Shown here one piece after another: positions 20,910 through 33,372 of a stretch of DNA of 64,000 nt (within the stretch, counting starts at the first letter, position 1; the number at the start of each line of letters is the position of its first letter). The notes under the pieces were generated by a model. The model saw only the letters and a program-made list of their open reading frames with translations, searched no databases and was not told where the DNA came from. The stretch is from Mobula hypostoma (Eukaryota), in assembly GCF_963921235.1 (NCBI RefSeq), contig NC_086108.1, forward strand, positions 78,742,001-78,806,000. Reading direction: 5' to 3'. The position numbers were made by a program, and so were the translations under genes.

Positions 20910-23900
20910 CATAAGACCATAAGACATAGAAGCAGAATCAGGCCATTCAGCCCATCAAGTCATTCCACCATTCAATCATGGCTGATACACTCTCCTCCTC
21001 AGCCCCACTCTCTGGCCTTCTCTCCGTAACCTTTGATGCTATGTCCAATCAAGAACCTTTCAAACTCTGCCTTAAATACACCCAACAACCTGGCCCCCAC
21101 AGCTGCCTATGGTAATAAATTCCACAAATTCATCACCCTCTGGTTAAAAAATTTCACTGCATCTCTGTTTTAAATGGACGCCCCTCTATTCTGAAGCTGT
21201 ACCTACTTATCTTTGACACCCCCACCATGGGAAACATCCTTTCCACATCTACTTAAAGGTTTCAAAGGTCTTCTTCCTTTCTTAAAGAGTGTACTGACAT
21301 TTGCAATTTTCCTGTCTTCTGGCACCATGCCAGAATCCAATGATTACTAATGCCTCCATAATCTCTACCACTACCTCTTTCAGAACCCTAGAGTGCAATT
21401 CATCTGGTCTGGGTAACTTAGGTCTTTTAGGTTTTTGAGCACCTTCTCCCTTGTAATAGTAACTGCAATCACTTCTCTTCCCTCACACCCTTCAACATCT
21501 GGCACACTGCTAGTGTCTTTCACAATGAAGACTGATCAAAATATTCATATAGTCCATGTGCCATTTTCTTGTCCCCAGCTATTATTTCTCCTGCCTCATT
21601 TTCTAGCGTTCCTATATCCATTCTCATCTCTCTTTTATTTTTTTTAAACATACTTGAAAAAGCTTTTACTATCTACTTTAATATTGTTGTTAGCTTGCTT
21701 TCATATTTCATCCTTTCCCTCCTAATGATTCTTTTAGTTGCTCTCTGTAGGTTTTTAAAAAGCTTCCCAATCCTCTATCTTCCCACTAATTTTTGCTTTG
21801 TTTCATGTCCTCTCTTTTACTTTTAAATTAGATTTGACTTCCCTTGTCAGCCACAGTTGTACTATTTTGCCATTTGAGTATTACTTTGTTTCTGGAATAC
21901 ATCTATCCTGCACCTTCCTCATTTCCTCCAGAAAATCACACCATTGCTGCTCTACTGTCATCCCTGTCAGCAGCTCCTTCCAATTTACCTTGGCCAACTC
22001 CTCTCTCATACCACTGTAATTTCATTTACTCCACTGAAAGCCATGTCAGACATTACTTTCTTCCTATCAAATTTCAAGTTGAACTCAATCATATTGTGAT
22101 CACGGTCCCCTATGGGTTCTTTTACCTTAAGCTCCCTAAGCACCTCCAGTTCAAGACATAACATCCAATCTAGTATAGCTGATCCCCTAGTAGGCTTAAC
22201 GATAAACTGTTCTAAAAAGCTATATTAATAGCAAAAGGATAGTGAGGGATAAAATTGGTCCTTTAGAGAATCAGAGTGGACAGCTATGTGTGCAACCAAA
22301 AGAGATGGGGAAGATTTTGAACAATTTCTTTTCTTCGGTATTCACTAAGGAGAAGGATATTGAATTGTGTAAGGTAAGGGAAACAAGTAGGGAAGTTATG
22401 GAAACTACGATTATTAAAGAAGAGGAAGTACTGGCACTTTTAAGGAATATAAAGTGGATAAGTCTCTGGGTCCTGACAGGATATTCCCTAGGACCTTGAG
22501 GGAAGTTAGTGTAGAAATAGAAGGGGCTCTGACAGAAATATTTCAAATGTCATTAGAAACGGGAATGTGCCAGAGGATTGGCATATTGCTCATGTTGTTC
22601 CATTGTTTAAAAAGGGTTCTAAGAGTAAACCTAGCAATTATCAGCCTGTGAGTTTGACATCGGTGGTGGGTAAATTGATGGAAAGTATTCTTAGAGATGG
22701 CATATATAATTATCTGAATAGACAGGCTCTGATTAGGAACAGTGAACATGGATTTGTGCAAGGAAGGTCATATTTGACAAATCTTATCGAATTTTTTGAA
22801 GAGGTTACTAGGAAAATTGACAAGGATAAAGCGGTGGATGTTGTCTGTATGGATTTCAGTAAGGCCTTTGACAAAGTTCCATTTGGAAGATTAGTTAGGA
22901 AGGTACAATTGTTAGGTATTAATATTGAGGTAGTAAAATGGATTCAGCAGTGGCTGGACGGGAGACACCAGAGAGTAGTGGTGGATAACTGTTCGTCAGA
23001 TTGGAGGCCGGTGACTAGTGGTGTGCCTCAGGGATCTGTACTGGGTCTAATGTTGTTTGTCATATACATTAACGATCTGGATGATGGGGTGGTAAATTGG
23101 ATTAGTAATTATGCAGATGATACTAAGATAGGTGGCATTGTGGATAATGAAATAGGTTTTCAAAGCTTGCAGAGAGATTTAGGCCAGTTAGAAGAGTGGG
23201 CTGAAAGATAGCAGATGGAGTTTAATGCTGATAAATGTAAGGTGATACATTTTGGTAGGACTAATCAAAATAGAACATACATGGTAAATGGTAGGGCACT
23301 GAAGAATGCAGTAGAACAGCGGGATCTAGGAATAATGGTGCATAGTTCCCTGAAGGTGGAATCTCATGTGGATAGGGTGGTGAAGGAAGTTTTTGGTATG
23401 CTAGCCTTTATAAATGATGCATTGAGTATAGGAGTTTGGATGTAATGTTAAAATTGTACAAGGCATTGGCAAGGCTAAATTTGGAGTATTGTGTGCAGTT
23501 CTGGTCACCGAATTATAGGAAAGATGTCAACAAAATAGAGAGAGTACAGAGAAAGGTTGAACAAGTTGAGTCTTTATTCTTTGGAGCGTAGAAGGTTGAG
23601 AGGGGACTTGATAGAGGTATTTAAAATTATGATGAGGATAGATAGAGTTGACGTGGATAGGCTTTTTCCATTGAGAGTTGGGGAGATTCAAACAAGAGGA
23701 CATGAGTTGAGAATTAGGGGGCAAAAGTTTAGGGGTAACATGAAGGGGAACTTCTTTACTCAGAGAGTGGTAGCTGTGTGGAACGAGCTTCCAGCAGAAG
23801 CAGAAGAGACAGGTTTGATATTGTCATTTAAAGTAAAATTGCATAGCTATATGGACAGGAAAGGAATGGAGGGTTATGGGCTGAGTGCAGGTCGGTGGGA

Positions 23901-25105
23901 CTAGGTGAGAGTAAGCGTTCGTCACGGGCTAGAAGGGCCGAGATGGCCTGTTTCCGTGCTGTAATTGTTATATGGTTAAAGCCATCTCGTAGGCATTCAA
24001 TAAACTCACTCTCTTGAGATCCATTACCAAGCTGATTTTTTCCAATTGACCTGCATGTTGAAACCTCCCATGACTATCATAACATTGCCATTTTGATACA
24101 CCTTTTCTATTCCCCTTTGTAATCTGTGGTCCACATCCCAGCCACCATTGGGAGGCCTGTATATAACTGCCATCAGGGTCCTTTTACTGCTCCAGATTTT
24201 TAACTCAACCAACAAGGAGTCAACATCTTTCTGACCCTATGTCACATCTTTCTACTGACTTGATGCCGTTCTTTACCAGCAGAGCCACACCACCCCCTCT
24301 GCCTACCTTCCTATCCCTCTGATACGATGTGTAACCTTGAACATTCAGCTCCCAACTACAACCATCCTTCAGCTATGATTCAGTGCTGGCCACAACATCA
24401 TACCTGAGAATCTGTAATAGCGCAACAAGATCATCCCCTTTATTTCTTATACTCCATGCATTGAGATATAACACCTTGAGTACTGTATTTGCTATCCTTT
24501 TTGATTCTGCATTCCTAATGCACTGGTACTCACCCTGCTGGCTGCAATTTTGTCCTATTATCTTCCTGCTCTTCCTAACAGTCTGACTGCATGCTATCTT
24601 TGCTTTTTTATCGTCTATCCTATCCTGAGTCTCTTCACTCTGGTTCCCACCTCCCATCAAATTGGTTTAAACCCTCCCCAACATCTCTAACAAACCTGCC
24701 CGTGAGAATACTGATCCCCTTGGGTTCAGGCGCAACGAGTCACTTTTGAACAAAAGAGATCCCAATGACACAAGAACCTGAAGCCCTGCCCCCTGCACCA
24801 GCTTCTCAGCCTCACATTAATCTGCCAAATCATCCTGTTTCTATCCTCACTGGCACGTGGCACAGGCAGCAATCCAGAAATCAATACTCTGGAGGTCCTG
24901 CTTCTCAGCTTTCTACCTAGCCCTCTAAATTCTCTTTTCAGGACCTCTGTGTTTTTATGTATCAAGACATCTGGTTGCTCTCCCTCCCTCCCCAAAATGC
25001 TGAGGATGAGACTGAGACAACCCTGACCCTGGCACCAGGGAGGCAACCTACCATCCGGGTGTCCCATTCACATCCACAGGGTCTCCTGTCTGTTCTCCCG
25101 ACTAT
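20910..25105 (-). mobile_element. CR1 LINE (end of ORF1, APE, part of RT, 3' end) with a large internal deletion
   Basis: Tail cataagaccataagac at 20910; LYLNAWSIRNK, VIYRPPN and LISGLLPVPRASE motifs; jump from the 3' end to mid-RT at about 21255. Confidence 0.9.
22221..23977 (+). mobile_element. 5'-truncated CR1 (RT to 3' end), same subfamily as 8612-11637
   Basis: TSD aaagc (22216-22220 / 23978-23982); YADDTK; collinear with 9834-11637. Confidence 0.95.
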
Positions 25106-26109
25106 TGGGCTCACCAAAATAGGTGGTATTGTAGAAAGTGTAAAGATTATGAAAATTACAGGGGGATCTTGATCAGCTGGATACGAGGGCTGAGATTTGG
25201 CAAATGGTTTTCAATCCAGCTATATGTGAATTATTGCATTTTGGGCGATCAGTTGAGGGTAGTACTTACACAGTGAACGGTAGAACCCTGAGGCATGTAA
25301 TGAAACTGAGGGACCTGTTTCTGGTCCTGTTTCACTGGAAGTGGTGTCGCAAGCAGGTAAGGGATGAAGATGTTTGGCATACTGGCCTTCATTGGTCAGG
25401 GCGCTGAATATAGCGGTTCAGAAGATACTGTCTGTTCTAACTGTGTAAGCCATCTGGATAAGGAGCAGTTTAGAGAACTATGGGCCAAAAGCAGGCAAAT
25501 GGGCGACACAGTCAGCATGGACGAGTTCAACTTAAGGGTGTGCTTCCATGCTGTGCGACTCTCTGGCTACATTTCATAAAGAAATAATTCATATGAATAA
25601 AATAGGAATGATATAATTTGGCAAATGTGAGCACCCTTTGTTGGCTTATGTCTTTTCCCTATCCAACAAGTCCCCTTTCAGTTCAGTAATTTACTACTTA
25701 AACTGTGGATAACCAAACATTGATCCTAGATTTGAAGCTTACCTGTGCAGATTTATGACCGTTAAACAAACAGAAGGCATAAACCAACTTATGCTTCAGA
25801 AACTATGATGCTGCTTGAATAACTTATAGCATGGCCCTGAATTAAGAGAAATCCTCAAGACTGTTTCCCTCTCATTGCGGAGAAGTACTCAATTGCTATT
25901 TCCCTGGAGCAGGCAAGAATCAGTACAGAGTATCTTAACTGTACAAACAGAACTTACAATAATTATCACCACAAAAAACTTTGCTGCAGTAAGTACAAAA
26001 TATTTTAGAAAATATTGACACCCTTTAAAAATGCAAATAAAACCACAGCTATGAGGATCCCGGCAGCATCTGACGGTGTTCATGGCGTTACTTCTAAAGT
26101 AGTGGTACC

Positions 26110-26460
26110 TTAGGAAGGAGGCATCCATCATTAAGGATCCCATCACCCAGGGCAAGCCCTCTTCACATTGTTACCGCTGGGAAGGAAGTACAGAAGCCTG
26201 AAGGCACACAGAGATTCACGAACAGCTTCTTCCCCTCTGCCATCCAATTCCTAAATGGACATTCAACTATGAATACTACCTCATTACTTTTTAATGTCTG
26301 TTATTTTACACTACTTATTTTAAATTAACTATTTAGTAGACATAAACTGTATACTTAATGCAACTCAGTTTTTTTTTCCTCTATATTTATTTATCATTGT
26401 ACTGCTACTAAGTTAAAAAAATTCATGACATATGTCAGGGATACTAAATCTGATTCTGAT
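26110..26460 (+). mobile_element. Rex1/Babar 3' fragment
   Basis: ggcatccatcattaaggatccccatcaccc...aaatctgattctgat. Confidence 0.8.
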
Positions 26461-26837
26461 ATTTATCCAGATTTTACACTCAAACTGAAGCTGAACACTA
26501 AGCATAAAGGAAAACTTCCTTCACTACGTCTCTGATACCCTCCTTTATTTGGAGGTTTAAAGATTATTCAGAGGTTCGGAATTGATGAGGCAAACCAAAC
26601 AATATTGCAAACCATCAATAACATAGGACACATAGAACAGAATGAATAGGATAGAAGTGAAAAGGTTTCTTGACTGCAGGAACAATGTATGGATGACGGT
26701 TCAAAGTTTTAAAATTGCCAGCAGAGATGTTCAAGGTTCAACCTACTGGTTCATGGTGTTATTTCCAAATGAGTCCTCATTCAACTCTGGGCACTTTGTC
26801 CAAGAGCCTAGAAGTATGGGCGCCATGGCTGCAGAAT

Positions 26838-27110
26838 GGGCGCCACGATAGTGTAGCAGTTAACAGAACTTTATAACGGCTCAGGGTACTGGAGTTCAGA
26901 GTTCAATTTTGATGCCATCTGTAAAAAGCCTGGAGGTCGTTCCCATGACCACATGGTTTTCCTCCGGGTGCTCCTGATTCCTCCCACAGTCCAAAGATGG
27001 ACCGGTCAGTAGCTTAACTGGACATGGTAAATTGTCCTGTGATTAGACTAGGGTTCAACAGATGGGTTGCTGTACAGTGTAGCTCATTGTGTCCCTACTG
27101 GATTTCTAAA
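26838..27110 (+). mobile_element. HE1/V-SINE-like SINE
   Basis: tRNA-like head; ctccgggtgctcctgattcctcccacagtccaaag core. Confidence 0.75.
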
Positions 27111-27746
27111 TATCGTGACATATTATTCCTAACACAGGAGACAAAATGTCTGGAGACTTCAAGTGAAATTGTCAATTGCAGGATACAATAAAATTATCTC
27201 TTGTGTGCAAAAGTAATTATACATCCAGTATTTCCTTAATGCAATCAGAGTATACAGATTTAAAGGATTAAAGCTGAATGATAATGCAGTCCATCAATCA
27301 ATTTCATGGATTTATAAAGCAAGTGACGGATGTGTTGACTGCCTGACCTAGTGTTTCCATCTCCTCTTCTACTAGAAGTGACATCACCACAAAAAAGTGG
27401 TGAAATTTTACAGAGAGGCACAATTTCCAAAGATCCTGGGACAATGTATAGCTTCTCTTTCTAGTTTTTTTTAAACATTCAGATTTGTTTCTGCTTTTAT
27501 GTTTAGCTGATACGCACTGAATCATCACACCAAGTCCTCATCAGTGGAGTTTCACACCCCAGACTTTAACTACCACTCAATTTCACGCATGCAAATTTCA
27601 TCTACATGTTTGGTCATCTTATCTGTCTCCATCTGTCAACAAATAATGAAGGTACAATCCAACACTTAACTTCTTTCTATGGCTAACATTGCCCTTTCCA
27701 GATTTGCAATCATACGTGAATAGGAAGTTTGCTGGTCTATTAACTG

Positions 27747-28462
27747 CAACACACATCAAAATTGCTGGTGAACGCAGCAGGCCAGGCAGCATCTCCAGGA
27801 AGAGGCACAGTCGACGTTTCAGGCCGAGACCCTTCGTCAGGACTAACTGAAGCAAGAGCTAGTAAGAGATTTGAAAGTGGGAGGGGGAGATCCAAAATGA
27901 TAGGAGAAGACAGGAGGGGGAGGGATGGAGCCAAGAGCTGCACAGGTGATTGGCAAAAGGGATACGAGAGGATCATGGGACAGGAGGCCCAGGGAGAAAG
28001 ACGGGGGGGGGGGGGTATGGTCAGAGGGATAGAGGGAGAAAAAGGAGTGAGAGAAAGAACGTGTGTATAAAAATAAATAACGGATGGGGTACGAGGGGGA
28101 GGTGGGGCATTAGCGGAAGTTAGAGAAGTCAAAGTTCATGCCATCAGGTTGGAGGCTACCCAGACGGAATATAAGGTGTTATTCCTCCAACCTGAGTGTG
28201 GCTTCATCTTTACAGTAGAGGAGGCCGTGGATAGACATGTCAGAATGGGAATGCGATGTGGAATTAAAATGTGTGGCCACTGGGAGATCCTGCTTTCTCT
28301 GGCGGACAGAGCGTAGGTGTTCAGCAAAGCGGTCTCCCAGTCTGCGTCGGGTCTCGCTAATATATAGAAGGCCACATCGGGAGCACCAGACGCAGTATAT
28401 CACCCCAGCCGACTCACAGGTGTGTTGCTTGAATTTCCAGCATCTGCAGAATTCCTGTTGTT
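27747..28462 (-). mobile_element. Penelope-like element: GIY-YIG endonuclease C-terminus, 3'UTR and inverted terminal segment
   Basis: VIYCVWCSRCGLLYISETRRRLGDRFAEH...PVATHF; perfect 14-bp flanking direct repeat tggtctattaactg (27733-27746 / 28463-28476). Confidence 0.92.
27809..27844 (-). ncRNA. Minimal type I hammerhead ribozyme
   Basis: AGUC-CUGACGA-AGGGUCUCGGCCU-GAAAC-GUC/GACU: full core, 4-bp stem I, AGG/CCU stem II, palindromic stem III. Confidence 0.7.
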
Positions 28463-29449
28463 TGGTCTATTAACTGTTCTCTTTTACTCCTTTGCTATAG
28501 GTTCATTGCTTGCTGGGGTCCTCCTCACAGGTCTACAATACTGCAGGTAATTTTTGGAAGCTGCCAAAGGGCAAGAACGCTATTTAAACAAACATAGTAA
28601 AACTAAAATGAAATCTATAACTAACAAAAGCTTCCACTCTATAGTGGCATGTATCTTGGGTCTTCGGGTGCTCACATCACCCTAGCTTTGCATGTGTATA
28701 ATTGAAGTGTAAAATCTCGGTTTTAGATTCAGATTATTTCTTGAAATCTGGACTTTGGGCAGTGATGGTAGTGTGGAAGTTGTTGGGATGAGGTAGGGTG
28801 GGAAGGGAAACAATGGGAGGTGTTTTCAGGAGAGAGAGCAGCAGTTTCTAATTTTAGAATCCTAAATAAAGCAACAATTTGAACCATTCTAGACAAGACT
28901 CCTGATATATTACACAGAGATTTTGTAGATTTGGTCCTTTTAGCACTAATCATTCCACAAATAAGAAAAGTTATCATTTATGGATCCTATTCTGGTCTGT
29001 TTAGAAAGTTAGTAGGATTTGTATGAAATATTTCATGTGCATATTCCACTGAAAAATGACATACAATATATTTTGGGGCATGTATACTGATTAGTAGTTT
29101 ATGAAAAATATGAAGAATGTTCTGGAAATGCAGTGTGCTGGTTTGAGTGGAGCGCTGCTTTCATGAGGAAGTTTCCAGTTATTTTCTTGCAATGTGCTGC
29201 ATATCACTGTTGTGACGATAATGTTATAAATAAACAAATAAAACAAGGTGTGTGCCAAAACAACTTGTTTCCCCAGGCAGCAAATAAACAAGGTCTTGCC
29301 CAGTGTGGTTCCATGTTGAAGGGATTATTAAAAGAACTATTTCTATTCAAATATAATTTGTATCTGTTTAGAAGTCTGCATAGACAACATATGATTATTT
29401 TGTATTTTGTTTGATTTATTTAAAAATTTATAAAAATAAAAAAATAAAA

Positions 29450-29735
29450 TAATTTAGAGATACAGGCTGGAACAGGCCCTTCCAGTCCTTCAATCCAAGT
29501 TGCCCAGCAACCCACTGATCTAACCCTAGCCTAATCGCAGGACAACTTACAATGACTAATTAAATGATTAACCGGTACATCTTAGGACTGTGGGAAGAAA
29601 CCGGAGCACCTGGAGGAATCCCATGCGCGCATGGGAAGGAATGCACAAACCTGCTTACAGAGGACAACGGAATTAAACTCTGACGCCCAGAGTCCAATAG
29701 CATAGCGCTAACTGCTGTGGTACTGTGGGGCCCCA
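29450..29735 (-). mobile_element. HE1/V-SINE-like SINE
   Basis: ggactgtgggaagaaaccggagcacctggagg. Confidence 0.8.
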
Positions 29736-29921
29736 CTGTTTCTATGTCTGCTTTTCTCTATATACATTTGATTCTTCTATTCATTGCTTAGCTATGTTCA
29801 ACTAGTATTCCACAAGAATAGTGATTTTTTTTCTCTGAATTTTCTAATTTTACAGAAGCAACACTGCTGGCACCAGTAAGTGCAATACGTACAGTTGAAA
29901 GAATGTATTATTTAGAAGACA

Positions 29922-30130
29922 AGAATCAGAATTAATATCACAGGCAAACGTGAAATTCATTGACTTTGTGGCAGTAGTTCAATGCAAGCATAATAACAGA
30001 GAAAAATAACGAATTACAGTGAATATATATTTATTTGTATTTATTCAACAGTTAAATTAAATAAGTAGTGCAAAAACAGAAATAAAGTAGTGAGGTAGTT
30101 TTCAACGTCTATTCAGAAATCAGATGGCAA
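29922..30130 (-). mobile_element. Rex1/Babar 3' tail
   Basis: agaatcagaattaatatcacaggc...; matches 16862-17100. Confidence 0.7.
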
Positions 30131-30245
30131 GTGCAACAATTGGGAAAAGAAATAAAACAAACAAGCAAAATCAAAGTGGTTTAGTGAAAGAGAAAACATT
30201 TAAAAATTAGTTAAGAACTTTTTGGCAATGAATTACACAGGATGG

Positions 30246-31106
30246 TGTTACGTACCCCGTAACTGGGTTGCCAAACCAGCAGAAATGGATCACTCAGTTG
30301 GAGTCTGGAGTACTAGAACTAAGAAAGTTTTATTAAAGAAACAAGCAACACAGTAATCGAAAGGATAATAAATGCAACAGTTCAGTGATGATAAACACAC
30401 ATGTGCACAGCATTAAGATAACAGCATCAATCGAGCTCTACCGTTGTCTAGGGGTAAATGACCAAATTTCAAAATGACTCAAAGTTCAGTCCAGTTAGTA
30501 GTTCAGTTCGCAGTAATCGTTGCCATGGCGATGGACAACGTGGGGGGAAGAGAGAGAGAGAACAGGAACAACTGATCATTCAGCACAGCTTCACTCACAG
30601 ACCGGCGAGATGCTCACAAGCAACTTTTGGGCGGGTCCTTGGTGATGTCACCGGAGGTCACCGACTGTGACCCCTCCTCCAGATGCGGTCGATCCTCTGC
30701 AGTGAACCCGGCACCCAGGCAAGGGCGGACACACACCGGGTTCCCGCTGATCGTACCTTTCCACCCTTGTCGTAGTCTGGTACTTCTCACCCACTCGTGA
30801 GAGGCGCACCGCTTCCAGGGTCTCGTTACCTCGGGTGGCGTGTGTCCCTGTCTTAGCGAACCTGTCCCTTTTTATCCCCCTGCTGGGGTATCGCCTGTCC
30901 ATCACTTCAAACAGTTCAGGGTTCAAAGGGGGAGCCGCTCCAGACAGCTCTCTCTCTCCCACGTCCCTTCATTACACATCTCCAGACGCTGCTCCATTGT
31001 TCCTTATCTCTCCTTCCCCTGAGGGCAGGTGGCAGACCAACTGCTGATGCCACTGATGCTAGCCCAGGCCAGCAAACATCTTAATTTTATGTGTATTCTC
31101 GTAACA
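30246..31106 (-). mobile_element. Solo LTR (861 bp)
   Basis: tgttacg...cgtaaca termini, 4-bp TSD atgg, minus-strand gataaaaag TATA-like box and aataaa. Confidence 0.88.
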
Positions 31107-31199
31107 ATGGATAGAAGAGAGCCAGTAGATGTGGTCTATCTGGATTTTCAGAAGATATTTGATAAGCTAATTGATAAAAAGCAACTGCACAAGATAACC

Positions 31200-31530
31200 A
31201 TTGGGCAGAAGGTACAGAAGCCTGAAATCCCAAACCACCAGCTTCAAAAACAGCTACTTCCCTTCAACCATCTGGTTCTTGAACCACCAGCACATCCCTA
31301 ATTATTACAGTTTAGAACTATTATGAACTACTTTGATCACTTTGCACTAAAATTGACTTTGTGCTGTAACTGTATTCTTTCTTGAGACAAATGGATATAG
31401 TTTATGTTTTTCGTGTAAAATGCTGCTTATAGGATGCTATGTACCTGTGATGCTGTACTAAACAGGCTTTTTATTGCACCTGAACATCCATGAACTTGTG
31501 CCTATGGCAATAAACCTGACTTTGACTTCA
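31200..31530 (+). mobile_element. Rex1/Babar 3' fragment
   Basis: aaggtacagaagcctgaaatccc...aataaacctgactttgact. Confidence 0.7.
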
Positions 31531-31794
31531 AAGAGCACATGGGGTTGGATATAGAGAGGGATTAGCCAACTAACAGAAAACCAAGGATGGGAGAAATGTA
31601 TTACTGACAACCAATCAGTAAAAAGTGACCCATTTATCCCAACCTTAGTTTGCTGTGGTAAAACACACCACAGAGATCAGTGCTGGGTTTCAAACAATTC
31701 TACATATCCCATTGAGTCCTTATTGATGACTTGAATGAAGAGAACTGTGGTTGAACTTGCAATGCAAATGACACAAAGATGTTCAGAATTTGAG

Positions 31795-32627
31795 TGTGAC
31801 GCCAAACCAAGTTATCAGACGATTGATGCTAATGAGAGAGATAAGGGAGACAATGGAGAAACGTTCAAAATGTTAATGAGAGAGGAGAGAGAGATTAACG
31901 GAAAAGAGACACAATTCAGAATATTGATAGACCGGTTGCTTTGAACCTGAACTGTTTGAAGTTTGATGAACAGGCGATACCCCAGCAGGGGGATAAAAAG
32001 AACGGGTTCACTAAGGCATGACAGACACCACGAGATCACGAGATAACGGGACCCTGGAAGAGTAGTGTGCCCCCGCAAGTTGGTGGGAGTTTGGAGGTCC
32101 GGTTCGCGGGAACCGACCATGGACTCACAGGGTGTAAAGGTACGATCAGTGGGAACCTGGTGTGTGTGTCCGCCCTTGCCTGGGTGCCAGGCTCACCACA
32201 GAAGAACGGTCGTATCCGGAACGGAGGGGTCACAGTCAGTGACCACAGCGGGATAGAAGACATAAAAGGGTCCACCCGAAAACCAACTGCGAAGACATCA
32301 AAGGTCTGCCTGAATCAAACTGTAATTTCCCCCCCCCATGGCACAACAGCGATTACTGCGAACTGTACTAAGCTGAACTGAACTCTGCGTCACTTAAGAC
32401 TGATCATTTTACCCCTAGACTGTGATAGAGCTTGGTTTGATTCCTATGACCGTAGTTCTGTGTACATGTGTGTATTATCATTGCTAACCTGTTGCATTTA
32501 TATCCTTACCATTAGAGTACTGGGTTACTTTTTTCTTTAATAAAACTTTATTAGTTGCCAGTAATCCAGACTCCAACGAGCGTTCCATTTCTGCTGGTTT
32601 GGCAACCCAGTTACGGGGTACATAACA
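31795..32627 (+). mobile_element. Solo LTR (833 bp), related to 30246-31106 and in the opposite orientation
   Basis: tgtgac...cataaca termini; the 3' end is the reverse complement of 30246-30340; gataaaaag at about 31992 and aataaa at about 32539; imperfect TSD ttgag/gtgag. Confidence 0.85.
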
Positions 32628-33254
32628 GTGAGGGAAAGACAAACAAATTCCAATGGAATAAAGATAAGTTAAGAGACTAGGTAAAAGTTAACAAATAGAG
32701 TATAACATAGGAAATGTAAGGTTAGAATAGAAAGAATATCATTTTTAAATGTAAAAGACAACAAAATATTGTGATGCAAAAGGACCTGGTGTTTCTAGTA
32801 CAAGAAACCTACAAACTTAACATAAGGGTAAAGCTTGTAATTGGGAAGGCTAATCGAAGGCATGGAACTTAGGGAAATTTTGATGCAATTTTACAGGAAA
32901 TTCACATGAAGTAGCATATATGAAATGCTGGAAGAACTCAGAAGGTCAAGCAGCATCTAGGGAAATTAAAACAGTCGACATTTTGGCTGCTACCCTTCTT
33001 CTGGACCCTAGAACTAGGGTTACAATTGCATCAGAATAAGGAGTCATCAATTTTAAGATCGAAATGATGAGGAAAAGAGTGCAGAGGTTCACAGATAATT
33101 AAACCACAAGGGAGTAAAATTGCATGGAAAGTGTTAGTAAGCCCAAAATTAACCTCAGTATTTGCCAACACAAAGATAGTCTTACAGTTAATAACTTACT
33201 CTAGCCACATGAATAAATAAAATGCAAACTAAACAATGCTAGAGAATTATTTAT

Positions 33255-33342
33255 GTCATGTCAGTCCATGGCCTCCTCTTCCGCCATGAGGCCACTCTCA
33301 TGCTGGAGGAGCAACACCTCATATTCCGTCTAGGTAGCCTAG
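33255..33342 (+). mobile_element. PLE GIY-YIG C-terminal fragment (a further PLE remnant lies at about 32920-33010)
   Basis: catgtcagtccatggcctcctc...gaggagcaacacctcatattccgtctaggtagcct, the reverse complement of 28150-28240. Confidence 0.7.
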
Positions 33343-33347
33343 GGGTG

Positions 33348-33372
33348 GGTGTGTGTGTGTGTGTGTGTGTAT
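33348..33372. repeat. (TG)n microsatellite
   Basis: About 11 GT units, directly visible. Confidence 0.95.

Larger units (their letters stand above)
19290..25562 (+). mobile_element. Old CR1 ORF2 hosting three later insertions
   Basis: RT homology at 19930-20907 ends in tttgcaggtgatactaaata (FADDTK-like) and resumes at about 25110 with caccaaaataggtggtattg. Confidence 0.75.
30190..32900 (+). mobile_element. Very old CR1 RT fragment hosting two solo LTRs and a Rex1 fragment
   Basis: MDRREPVDVVYLDFQKIFDK at about 31107; gcaaatgacacaaagat (ADDTK-like) at about 31764; continues after 32628. Confidence 0.65.

Noticed and set aside
25743..25836. Minus-strand exon-like segment with a CAG|gtaagc donor
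   Set aside because: Stops in all three frames; a non-coding exon cannot be excluded but is unsupported.
30246..32627. A single DIRS-like or foldback element with inverted LTRs
   Set aside because: Each LTR has its own termini and flanking duplication, and the spacer is collinear CR1/Rex1 debris with no tyrosine recombinase or gag-pol.
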